IMG/VR virus record: IMGVR_UViG_3300037863_000314
Span: 1-50,941 of that record
Reading direction: 5' to 3' (one strand)
Length of the DNA: 50,941 nucleotides
From: a virus
Taxonomy: Duplodnaviria > Caudoviricetes
The notes beneath the pieces were generated by a model. It did not search any database and had not been told where the DNA came from. It worked only from the letters and a program-made list of their open reading frames with translations. Each line of letters opens with the position of its first letter. The stretch's first letter is position 1. This document shows positions 29,201 through 36,582 of the stretch, in pieces. Position numbers and translations under genes: made by a program.

Positions 29201-32200
29201 GGCTTCAACCCGCAGCAAAACAAATTTGCTCGTGAGATGTTCTCGCCGACCCGGCACACAATCGATCTTCAAAATCAAAAACAAGTGGACATGATGTATG
29301 CGGCTATCGCTCAATCTTTGGGCGAGAAAGTCGAAAACTTGGGTATCGAAGTTGCAGCAGCTCGCGCGAAAGAGCTTCTTGAAACAACGTACGCAAACAT
29401 CATTGACGCGTTTGCAAACCAGGATCTGACAAATCAGACGGTTCGCCGTGCTGTGCTGAATGGGCTTACTAAAATTGGTCTCTCCGAGGATGCGTTCACG
29501 CTGAAAGGTCTGTGGACAGCTGTTCATTTAAAGAAGGCTATAGACGCCGGCGAGACTGAGTTCACCAGCGATATGTACATGGAGCTCGACGGTAAAACGA
29601 ACGGGCCTATCTCGGCAGCTATTCAGACTTTCTTGGGTCAATACTCTCCTGAGATTTTGGCTACGTGGCGCCGCGGCGGGTACTTCCTCAGCAACGCTTT
29701 CAACCAGAACGACGGCATCTCTTATTCTCAATGGAGAAACGGTGTGAACGTTGACTCGTCAACGCTAACGCCAGTAGCTGAGCGTTCGAACGCAGACTTC
29801 TACGGCCGTGTGGGTGAGCTCATGGCCCGTGCCACAATGAACATGAAGCTCAAGATCCAGAATGGTCAATTCTTTATAGGCGACTTCGCAGACGCAGCTC
29901 AACAACAAGCTTGGATCGCATTCGGTGGGGAAGCTTTTGGCGCCCTTCAGCGCCTGATGAACACCAACAAAGATCACGAGCTCGTTGATACACCAGATGG
30001 TCCTGCGCTGAAGATTAAACGTGGTGCAACAAAGGGCCCGATCACCCAGTTTCTTTATGGTGCCGGCCTTCCGTCGATCGCTGCGAGCCTGGCTCAGGAT
30101 TATATGGGCGAGTTTTACGAGCTTCTTTCCCTGGTTGGACAAGGGAACAAAGAAGCTTTGGCAGAAGCTCGTGAAAAAGCAAAACTTTTTGATGAGCTTC
30201 TGCAGTACGATGTCTACTTTGATGAGAGCGGCAATATCCCTTCGTCGATCATTAAAAGCGAACCCAAAGGAGGATCTTTAGCTTCGCTTCTAGGCAACGC
30301 CAATCCTTCCTTGGAATTGATGGCCGGCTTTGCGTTCTCCGGTGACCAAGCTTTTCGCCTTGCGAACTCTATTCAAGCGTTTTACCTGACAAGCTTTGAA
30401 GAGGCTGTGCATACTGCTGTGGATCCGTCGATCGCTAGGCTGAACAAAGATCTTATCCAAGGATCTCAGGCACACGCTAAAATCTATAAAAAGTTTGTGA
30501 ACAAAGCTCTTAGTAAAAAGCAGAAAGAACTGGTGGCTTCTGGTGCAATTCTCAGCACTCATGAACTTCCTCCGAATGTTCGTCGAGAAGTTCTGGATGG
30601 TCTGAGAAACTTGGCTCCAATCATTGATACGGGTTTCTCAATTTACAACCTCGTCGGCAGCGATGGCGAAACATCTACAGATGTTTCTCGCCGTGTTTTC
30701 GGTCAGAAAGAAGCTAAGAAAAAAGGCAAAGACGTTGAGGTCGAACCAGAGTTCTGGCCGCGGTCTCGTGCTCTTTCTAAAAACCAGATCGATTCTCGCC
30801 GGTCAACAATCGGTGATGCGGGAGTTCGTGTCGTGCCGTTGAATACCCAGACACACTCTGACGTGCGTATGCAAATTGAAACCTGGACCCATCCGAATTA
30901 TCCAACCAATTCATTGGCGATTCACGATGGCGCCAACCAGGCCACAACAAATGTTGAGGCAGCTTCGCTTGTAATGAACGAAGCTATCTCCAGGGCCTGG
31001 AGCACCAACACGTTGCGTCCTATCCTGGAAGCATACGACCGTGCTCTCAAATTTGATGACGGCAGTTCGGCTTTTAAGACTTTGCGAAATCTGCGTGAAA
31101 GTCTTCAAATTGATGTCTTTCGACGCGATGCTCGAATTACAGTCGAACAAAGAATTTTCACTTCTTACCAAGGTGTTCCAGGAGCGGACATTGCTTTCGT
31201 TCAAGAAGGTCTTCGTTTTGCTTCTGAAAATGAGATGATTGATTATCTCAACCAAGAAGTTGATAAAGAATTTAATGCCTTGATCGCAGCAATGCCGGCT
31301 ACTGCCATTATGAAATCGGTTTCGGAAGTGGGGGGCAAGGATATCTACCCTTCGGACCCTGATAAAGAGTTTGTAAAAGCTCTTGGGGGCAAGACTCGTT
31401 TTACGGGTAATGAAGCTCGCCAGCTGATGATCACTGCTACCCGGTTCACAGAAAGTGCTGAACAGCTTTCTGTGATGACCGCTGTTATGAATTCAGTGGC
31501 TTTCAACACAGCTATTGATAATGGGTTTGAAATTGTCATTGACTCGAAAGCCACTAAACAAAAAGGTGCCCACGGCTTTTATAATTCGTACACAAACCAG
31601 TTGGTTTTGGATATTGAATCTCTGAATGCTGAACTGCTTCTGCATGAAACTGTCCATGCTGCAACTATGAACACCATCTGGAAGCTGATTATGGATGTTG
31701 GTTTTGCTCTAGCAAACCCAGCACTCCAAAAAGAGCTGCAAGCTATTGAAGAAGCTATGAACTATTTTATGAGTCGCAGGTATGAATTTGGTTCGCCTCC
31801 TAATTTGATCCAACATATTATTGAACATCACCTTGATGCGGCAAATGGCGCTCCAACTCCAGAGCTTGGTAAAGTCCAGGCTTTGAGCGAATTCATTGCA
31901 TATGCGTTGAGCCAAAACAGAACTCTTATTGAGTCCAGGAGTAGGCCAACCACACAAAGATTCGAAGTCAATGAAATAAAGAAAGACAAGATTGTTCTGG
32001 CTGACTCTGCTTATTCTAAGAACGCTCTTATCGGGATACTCCAAAGAGTAGTTCGTTCGGTTATGCGCATCTTTAAGCCGCAGTACAGAATGCAATACCG
32101 AACTGAAACATACTCTTCTTATGAATCAGTGTTTATCAAAAATCTCGACAGCTGGGGTGATAAGCTTATCATCTCTACACGGAATTTGATGAACGTTCCC

Positions 32201-35200
32201 TACGATGGGTTTTTCCGTACAAATCTCGATTCTATGATAGAGGTGTCTAAGCAACACCCTGAGCTAGTGGATCCTGAGATTGTGCAAAAACTCAGAGATG
32301 AGCACATGGTCTATTACGCCACGTCTTCTTTCTCTGAGAATAAGCAAAAAGCCACTGAGCGTAAAATTGATCTTCAGCGGAAAGTCGGCAATCAGGTTTC
32401 TGAATACCTGGCAGCGCGTCTTCGCGGAGACACTGCTCAGGCAACTCAGACTAAACGCGCTCAACACGCCGCGGCTTACGCCAAGGCGAAGAACGACGCG
32501 ATGGATGCCCTTAATACGATGAAGGCTGCCGGCTTCACGATTGAAGGTCCGCAGGACATTCTTCTTTTCCAGACGCTCCACTCTGTTGTGGCGGCCGATA
32601 TGAAGATGGACAAGGTGGCGCTTCAGGAACTTCAGCAGATTTACGCTGCAGTCCTCGAGAAGCTCGGCACTGACACGTTTGAAGAGTTTGGTGCTCAGGG
32701 TGTCACCGGTCAGCTGCAAAGCCAGCGCATGTACGCAGCTGTGCTTGGAGAGTCTTTCTTTGACGTCACCGGTGCTCGTCAGTTCCTTCCGCCGCGGGGA
32801 CCAGCCGGCGTAGAGCGCCTTGCTGCATTCATTGCTTTGGTCCAGGTCTCTCCTGAGATGCGCCAGGTACTCGACCAAATGAGTATCGACAGTCTCAACC
32901 TGTCTACCGGCATTGATACTAAAGGCGGCGTAGACGATTTTCTTGGGTCCATTGGAACCAAAGCAGTTAACCGCGTTACGGGCCGAGTTCTTGAAGAAAC
33001 TCGTGGCAAAGATGCTGCAACATCGGGCACCCTGGATGTGCTTACGGATCTTTTGCTTGAGTACAATGAACAGGCGGCTTCTTCGACAGAGCAAGGTTTT
33101 ACAAATGCTCTACGCGGGATAAACGTCTTGGTGAAAGGCGGCATTGAAAGCGCAGCCGCTCATATTGCCGATGGACTTTCTGACAGTGCCTCTAAGGCGA
33201 CGAGCGAAGCTTCTCAGCTGGCTCAAGAGATTGGTGCTGGTCTGAGCAATCTCCTGGTGGAAGATCGTGCCAAGGTACAGCTCGACGCTCTTACGTCGTT
33301 CCTGAACAACGAGAAAGTGCCAGAAGCTCTTCGTAATATCTGGGCGGAAATGCGCTCGATCAACGAAGACACTGTTGGCGTCTTGCGTCTTGTCAAAAAG
33401 GCAAAAGACATCATCTCGAGGATGCGTCAGGAATACATCGACAAGGTTCCTCAGATCATCCTGAACAGCTTCGGTGAAAGCTTTGCCACTCTTTCTGAAA
33501 AAGAGCGCCGTGAGGTAATGAGCACGTTGTTCTTTAGTCTAGGTAAAACTGACTTTGGGATCTTGGATAAAGTCATTGGTTCCCGGTCGGCGATCAAGTT
33601 CTTTGGCACAAACAAAGAAGCTCGTAGCGCCCTGAATGATCAAATTAAAGAAATGCGTACGAGCATTGCCCGTAACGTTGAGCGTCTTGGCCTACCAAAG
33701 ACTATTGAGCAGGCCTACCTCAAAAAAGCCGAACAGCTCGGCACGTACATGGTTACAAAGAAAGCCGGCTTTAACCTGCTGACTTCTGCAGTCGGCATCC
33801 TGAACCTGCATAATGAAGCCGGTAACGGGATAATCACGGACGCTGACTACAAATTGCTCCAGGATACGCTCCTGAAGCACCGTGGCGGGCAAAACCGGAT
33901 CAACGACAAGGTTCGTAGGCTTATTGACACCATTGACGCCCTGGCCTCGCTGGAGGCTATTTCCAAGCTGGATGACACAACTCACGACAAAATGGCAGAG
34001 TTCCTGAAGACCCAGCGCAAAGCTGTTCTTGACGCAATCGACTACCAGCGTGAGCTCCATCGCCTTGAGCGGGCGAAAGTGGATATCAACAGTGCTGCTG
34101 CGTTGAACGGCTTTAAAGGTCATTTCACAACAAACAACGAGCACAAGCACTCGGTTGTTGTTGCTGAGGATTCTATGGAGCAGACCTTGCGTGAGCAGGG
34201 CTATACCAAGATGCGGGTATTCCAGGGGCCGGCAGAATTCTTCGACTCCAAAAAACCGAAGCGTAGCTATTACTTCTCGGCTTATAACAGCCTTGCCACG
34301 TACAACCAGGGTGCGATGCAAACTGTTCAGGATACATACTTTGGTGTGGATCCCGTCACCGGCTTTGCTATCGGCTCGGAGACTAGCGGCAACCGCGTCA
34401 CTGGCAAAGAAATGAGCCTGCTGAACAGGCGGATGAAAGCTCAACGCGCTACTTTGCAGATTACGGAAGATCTCATTCCGCGGTTCAACGCAAAGGGCAA
34501 ATTGATCGCTTTTGAAGAAGCCGTGTCTGCAGATATGTTCAGCATGCTCAAGCAGACCAATGACTATGCAGACAGCCTTGGTCGTTGGGCCGGCCGTCTC
34601 CAGGAAGAAAAAGCTTCTCACGGTCTTAACTACGAGCTGCTCGACTCCTTGAAGCGCATGTACGATGAAGACGTTAAACAAGGCCGTGGCGATGAATACG
34701 CCAGCTTTGGTCGTGAAAAGAAACCTGATGGCTCTTGGGGCATTACTGACGATCTTGCGAATGATCCGGTGTGGGAAGAGACGTACTATCTGATGCCGCG
34801 AGACGCTCGTGAGTATGCTGAAGAGCTTTTTGATGGCCCGATGATGATCCGTCGGGACATGATCAACAACGCCTTGGGTTTCCGCTCTATGTCGGTTGGT
34901 GATTTGTTTACCGGCAAGTCTCGCCTCAACGAAGAATTCCGGGAGAACCTAAAAAAGTTTTTCCTGGCTACACCTTTCTTGGGTCCGGATATGTATAAGT
35001 ATCTAACATCCAGTGAAGAACTTCTTCAGGAAGTCGTCTCCGGCGTGAAGCACATCATCGTGGTCAAAAGCGGTATCGTCATGGTGGCGAACGCTGTTGC
35101 TAACTTTGTGCAACTGGCTTCGAACAATGTGCCGGTTTCTTATATGACCCAACGTGTTCGCTCTAAGTGGGCAGAGCTGGAGCGCTACAAAGGAAATGAA

Positions 35201-35920
35201 GCGCTGAAGATTGAGCTTCGCTACAAGTACCTTGCTTCCAAGTCGAACGCTGAGCGTTCGAACTTGCAGGCTCGTATGAATTCGATCGACGAAGCCAACA
35301 AGAAAATGACGATCTGGCCTATGATTGAAGAGCACCAGTTCACTTCGATTTCTGAAGGGCTGACCGACAATGATCGTGTCATGTTCAATAAAGGTTTTGG
35401 GGATTGGATTGAGAAGAAAGCCGGGGAGCTGCCCGGACCAATGTCAACGGTAGCTCGGTATGCACTTGTAGCGAAAGACACGGCTCTCTATCAGGGTCTC
35501 GCCAAGGGTGTTCAGTATTCTGACTTCATTGCGAAGTCGGTTCTCTATGACTTCCTTACTGAAGAGGAGGGCATGGCTCATGAAGCCGCAATTCTTCGCA
35601 TCGACCAGGAATTCATCAACTATGATCTCAACAGCTCGCGTACGCGTGAGTATGGTGAAAGCATGGGTCTGTGGTGGTTTGCTAACTTCAAGGTCCGTTC
35701 GGTGAAGGTTGCGATCAATCTTCTCAAGAACAATCCTGTGTCAGCTCTCCTGGCTCTTAGCGGAGCCAGTGTGCTGGGAATAGATGTTGGTTCGCCTGTG
35801 ACAGATAATCTGGCTGCAGCAACTGCTGATGGCCGCATCTGGTACTCGATCGGACCTGGAATGATTGACGCCGGTTGGAACCTGAATTTCTGGAGCCAGC
35901 TGTTTGGCGGATCATCCTAA
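23231..35920 (+). CDS. Virion-encapsidated RNA polymerase (N4 gp50-like), 4229 aa
   Basis: Motif A ELDGKTNGP (~29582), motif B RGATKGPITQFLYGAG (~30020), motif C LAIHDG (~30915). No Cys found. N4-like C-terminus (QYSDFIAK, EFINY, GLWWFANFK). Confidence 0.97.
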   Translation: MIGPSISDFTQKLRSIGRESVAERVPEKDPPTKEDEASAGAELTIAEQAVAMDQAMGSPYQKVTQGSMSFIGGAASRFDKTRVPGYQEQLEIDKTVLPPGQFAMKYGKEAEDARFYESDDETSNPMVRAIAKEDNRPGLQVARDSTIGAGAALVGLTSDLTSGLIRMAPSGGLPGQRAMDRYMAANSDAEIPKVGNPVADVISEKGNEFADFIRKGKTQEVREGYAEEARTSRARTADSEAEYEASDKTLRDDFRRMGREAVISADSYLDNSIATGDVVAEALGSMIPSLGVAGGVRAVVSGTLAKAGVKGVAKGTIETITTAATVGIMEGQGAYSQTRREILQMSEEDLMAGSEEYRALRDKGYSHELAKDQVAEAAAVEAQVMTSVVAAGISLPVAGFEGGALSRLGRRSLVQAVGDTASQTVEESAQNATSQYFQNIGIKDYADETRAPSEGVGRAVTEGAIGGFGSTTILGAPNAPGIVLQKQIQMIKGVGSVGKMIGGAMATKTARKAANAKVDEFATEVEKRFNEASDIITAIEEMDGGAETTQETRAALERARTVIEPLTEAFKDTESGDYKKRTKTFQDQVVPGSKLKTLVNVARKLSTDNGFREDSEEAVAASEFLMDEMALINGVLMAMEVQADKAPAEGASLQEVLEAQEAAAVDAVDAVDAVDNVAAAETRAAEFTGNMTETPVFSKGLQDASHVLNAASTKSVQEGKGVIPIKSYAEVVMNPVGIDPARITEEVRVGMPEELQKAVAVVEAIQSPEHKAKLRPVKGNRTNTREGSRQEILFQSKSTRWGEIASFNDMVSQLLRGAIRHQREGNSVVRNTQGNEIDSVDVLEDLAALIKHQQNKFDAATESVTNPEKYDTSRKFDSLSQKDGDFYKDKGKIYVHASNPNSMQTYRAIGEELNTGIRAYNALIEQFPELYKGEKLTQVSLPTVPEGAENAPASSEAAPQPAETKSERTEPTQVVADPVVGTGAGSAGNSVRSDKMSFEDLFQGGTETTLADTIQYLLTLDTMDAQQQVMLSMIIGSGFARANPNTIVRQATAEERKAAGPNKTHGWWDPQTGEIVLFVERISKLLHELIHAVTLEALFQNLAQASIKRAAGIALNPVEKAAVDLNDAAIEFMEEKAMNPDVAQVQAVMRDLYEAGKTVAERDRGMGRAISEFMAYGLTETKVEAQLSEKKYRNPSMAKGVISLVSGIFRALLGVRQPNKDYDYTAFDKLFMDTKTLALDTQSTVLQPREVKRAEAKDVKKRPQTKDAITSPERASPSTADAKEQVEAKPAGVRTTSPVNQEPAQAEVSSAPAEETDTTSPATEEFDLINKITEVLAKGFEQVAQAQKPAASVSAPVLAETAPGTKATIEDVVEDLAILERDEEQLSVGMETLYDSEGVSAAITFEEFMVVARELSSKDAKAKKAIRNSKVYQNAIRKLTAYEQQNGIGNGIGFAEVWPDARDYISRMRDLRAQRAKAQATLDTLSPTAASPAVAASPSPAAATADAVGPTAAESAPPSVSAAAAKAAPEKTKTQPAEPAEVVEEEVAGEEVDTGLPADWQPTYILGSNLLGNKEGSFLSKLLTKMKPQLQPGDTLDRLISAVAPTLRYKVTPEMKEANDRVRKEAFRVMQGMQKRVGSQVPRLKGKSGKLTLGELQLFQRGESDFNPARSEQFRVLAWLDAQSVLDGKPKYDEHILMLALMATADYVMNNADSKGVTKLQDAMKMLGLSDMSKLSQGQIKDILTTVNAGRPGVFVKAALAAHIREFLGAELNQDMSPSETDGAFEALSHEILDYLSFESQNATQKKDFWLKSHTVSMFGHSITAFSFGKPAGWHDTKTGKILLRDVLTSRSSDIHRYSIGVPWTKKDVARSLKKNRSLKIAAKQRKAIEIQQNTPFYFSKEFFEMYTALGPKVIGYALGYKDIQDDVFYNAIHEQSVVGKNTSVVYEINNTRDQIDEIIQYAEKNNMDPHEVPVYYRISIGDNTRFNFEGFNPQQNKFAREMFSPTRHTIDLQNQKQVDMMYAAIAQSLGEKVENLGIEVAAARAKELLETTYANIIDAFANQDLTNQTVRRAVLNGLTKIGLSEDAFTLKGLWTAVHLKKAIDAGETEFTSDMYMELDGKTNGPISAAIQTFLGQYSPEILATWRRGGYFLSNAFNQNDGISYSQWRNGVNVDSSTLTPVAERSNADFYGRVGELMARATMNMKLKIQNGQFFIGDFADAAQQQAWIAFGGEAFGALQRLMNTNKDHELVDTPDGPALKIKRGATKGPITQFLYGAGLPSIAASLAQDYMGEFYELLSLVGQGNKEALAEAREKAKLFDELLQYDVYFDESGNIPSSIIKSEPKGGSLASLLGNANPSLELMAGFAFSGDQAFRLANSIQAFYLTSFEEAVHTAVDPSIARLNKDLIQGSQAHAKIYKKFVNKALSKKQKELVASGAILSTHELPPNVRREVLDGLRNLAPIIDTGFSIYNLVGSDGETSTDVSRRVFGQKEAKKKGKDVEVEPEFWPRSRALSKNQIDSRRSTIGDAGVRVVPLNTQTHSDVRMQIETWTHPNYPTNSLAIHDGANQATTNVEAASLVMNEAISRAWSTNTLRPILEAYDRALKFDDGSSAFKTLRNLRESLQIDVFRRDARITVEQRIFTSYQGVPGADIAFVQEGLRFASENEMIDYLNQEVDKEFNALIAAMPATAIMKSVSEVGGKDIYPSDPDKEFVKALGGKTRFTGNEARQLMITATRFTESAEQLSVMTAVMNSVAFNTAIDNGFEIVIDSKATKQKGAHGFYNSYTNQLVLDIESLNAELLLHETVHAATMNTIWKLIMDVGFALANPALQKELQAIEEAMNYFMSRRYEFGSPPNLIQHIIEHHLDAANGAPTPELGKVQALSEFIAYALSQNRTLIESRSRPTTQRFEVNEIKKDKIVLADSAYSKNALIGILQRVVRSVMRIFKPQYRMQYRTETYSSYESVFIKNLDSWGDKLIISTRNLMNVPYDGFFRTNLDSMIEVSKQHPELVDPEIVQKLRDEHMVYYATSSFSENKQKATERKIDLQRKVGNQVSEYLAARLRGDTAQATQTKRAQHAAAYAKAKNDAMDALNTMKAAGFTIEGPQDILLFQTLHSVVAADMKMDKVALQELQQIYAAVLEKLGTDTFEEFGAQGVTGQLQSQRMYAAVLGESFFDVTGARQFLPPRGPAGVERLAAFIALVQVSPEMRQVLDQMSIDSLNLSTGIDTKGGVDDFLGSIGTKAVNRVTGRVLEETRGKDAATSGTLDVLTDLLLEYNEQAASSTEQGFTNALRGINVLVKGGIESAAAHIADGLSDSASKATSEASQLAQEIGAGLSNLLVEDRAKVQLDALTSFLNNEKVPEALRNIWAEMRSINEDTVGVLRLVKKAKDIISRMRQEYIDKVPQIILNSFGESFATLSEKERREVMSTLFFSLGKTDFGILDKVIGSRSAIKFFGTNKEARSALNDQIKEMRTSIARNVERLGLPKTIEQAYLKKAEQLGTYMVTKKAGFNLLTSAVGILNLHNEAGNGIITDADYKLLQDTLLKHRGGQNRINDKVRRLIDTIDALASLEAISKLDDTTHDKMAEFLKTQRKAVLDAIDYQRELHRLERAKVDINSAAALNGFKGHFTTNNEHKHSVVVAEDSMEQTLREQGYTKMRVFQGPAEFFDSKKPKRSYYFSAYNSLATYNQGAMQTVQDTYFGVDPVTGFAIGSETSGNRVTGKEMSLLNRRMKAQRATLQITEDLIPRFNAKGKLIAFEEAVSADMFSMLKQTNDYADSLGRWAGRLQEEKASHGLNYELLDSLKRMYDEDVKQGRGDEYASFGREKKPDGSWGITDDLANDPVWEETYYLMPRDAREYAEELFDGPMMIRRDMINNALGFRSMSVGDLFTGKSRLNEEFRENLKKFFLATPFLGPDMYKYLTSSEELLQEVVSGVKHIIVVKSGIVMVANAVANFVQLASNNVPVSYMTQRVRSKWAELERYKGNEALKIELRYKYLASKSNAERSNLQARMNSIDEANKKMTIWPMIEEHQFTSISEGLTDNDRVMFNKGFGDWIEKKAGELPGPMSTVARYALVAKDTALYQGLAKGVQYSDFIAKSVLYDFLTEEEGMAHEAAILRIDQEFINYDLNSSRTREYGESMGLWWFANFKVRSVKVAINLLKNNPVSALLALSGASVLGIDVGSPVTDNLAAATADGRIWYSIGPGMIDAGWNLNFWSQLFGGSS
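25220..25255 (+). repeat. Perfect 9-bp microsatellite (gcagtggat)4 encoding (AVD)4
   Basis: Four exact copies within vRNAP. Confidence 0.95.
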
Positions 35921-35937
35921 TCTTTTTCTATAAAGAT

Positions 35938-36162
35938 TTAGTTCTCGAGCATACTGACCACACTGCGCAAGTTTCCATGATAATCTGAATTTGGGTAAAG
36001 AGCTACAAAAGCTCCGGTCACTGATGACAGTGGAACGTTATAATGGGAGCTGAGCTCAACCATCATGTCATGATATCGAAAGTAGGCTTTAAGCCCATCA
36101 TCGATATCTATGTCTTCTGCTTGGTGAATAAGGCGCAGAAGATTGGTGATGTTCTGTTTCAT
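35938..36162 (-). CDS. 74-aa hypothetical protein, possibly truncated
   Basis: GAGG RBS. Resembles the N-terminal part of a longer phage family recalled from memory (N..A...G..WY...Y.V....G..AALSP..W..N); ends 17 bp from the vRNAP stop. Confidence 0.55.
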   Translation of the reverse strand: MKQNITNLLRLIHQAEDIDIDDGLKAYFRYHDMMVELSSHYNVPLSSVTGAFVALYPNSDYHGNLRSVVSMLEN

Positions 36163-36179
36163 TGGATCCTCACCAAGGT

Positions 36180-36210
36180 GGGGGCACGCCGATACCGCAC
36201 GACGGCCCCC
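36180..36210 (-). other. GC-rich hairpin closing the RNA cluster
   Basis: - strand ggggc-cgtcg-tgcggtat-cggcg-t-gcccc. Confidence 0.55.
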
Positions 36211-36212
36211 TA

Positions 36213-36286
36213 TTTGTGATGCTGGATTCGAACCAGCTTACGATCGATTTCAGGTCGAGTGCTCTAACCAATTGAGCGAATCACTT
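36213..36286 (-). tRNA. Degenerate tRNA-like element (loop CC-UGA-AA); probably not a decoding tRNA
   Basis: D arm gctc-aattggtta-gagc, T arm gctgg-ttcgaat-ccagc, acceptor gtgat/atcac with A.A mismatches at pairs 1-2, C33, short variable loop, no CCA. Confidence 0.6.
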
Positions 36287-36296
36287 AACGTATTAA

Positions 36297-36443
36297 ATGC
36301 GCTGTCACGTTCTTCTGGACGCTTATTTAATTGCTGCTCTACCACTGAGCTACACCGCATTAGTTCCAACTTAGGTGTTGGGCGCGGTGGTCGGACTCGA
36401 ACCGACGACACACAAAAAAATCCGAACTGACTTTGCTATTCAT
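36297..36443 (-). ncRNA. Circularly permuted tRNA-mimic RNA (YrlA/Y-RNA-like architecture)
   Basis: Order 5' to 3': T arm gtcgg-ttcgagt-ccgac, caccgcg-c-CCA, linker hairpin, tgcggtg-ta, D arm gctc-agtggta-gagc. All closed by the stem gtca-gttc-ggat / gtcc-gaac-tgac. Confidence 0.8.
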
Positions 36444-36462
36444 GTCGCTAATGCTGAGCTTA

Positions 36463-36575
36463 GAGGGCACAACATCAACTACAAAACTAAACGGGATTTA
36501 CAAAAATTACCCGAAACAACAACGATGAATTTGTCCCTCATGGGACTGGGAGGAGAGACCCTGTAGGATCTCTCC
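36463..36575 (-). ncRNA. Upstream structured module of the same RNA cluster
   Basis: Hairpin ggagagatcc-taca-gggtctctcc, then nested gaggg/ccctc, acaa/ttgt, catcg/tgatg and cggg/cccg stems with U-rich loops. Confidence 0.55.
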
Positions 36576-36582
36576 AATTTGG

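Noticed and set aside
36379-36410. tRNA 3' half as an attP site
   Set aside because: No integrase in the window, and a matching 5' half that pairs with it follows directly.
36297-36443. Two-piece (permuted) tmRNA
   Set aside because: A full D stem is present, pair 3-70 is C-G rather than G.U, and no tag-peptide frame was seen.
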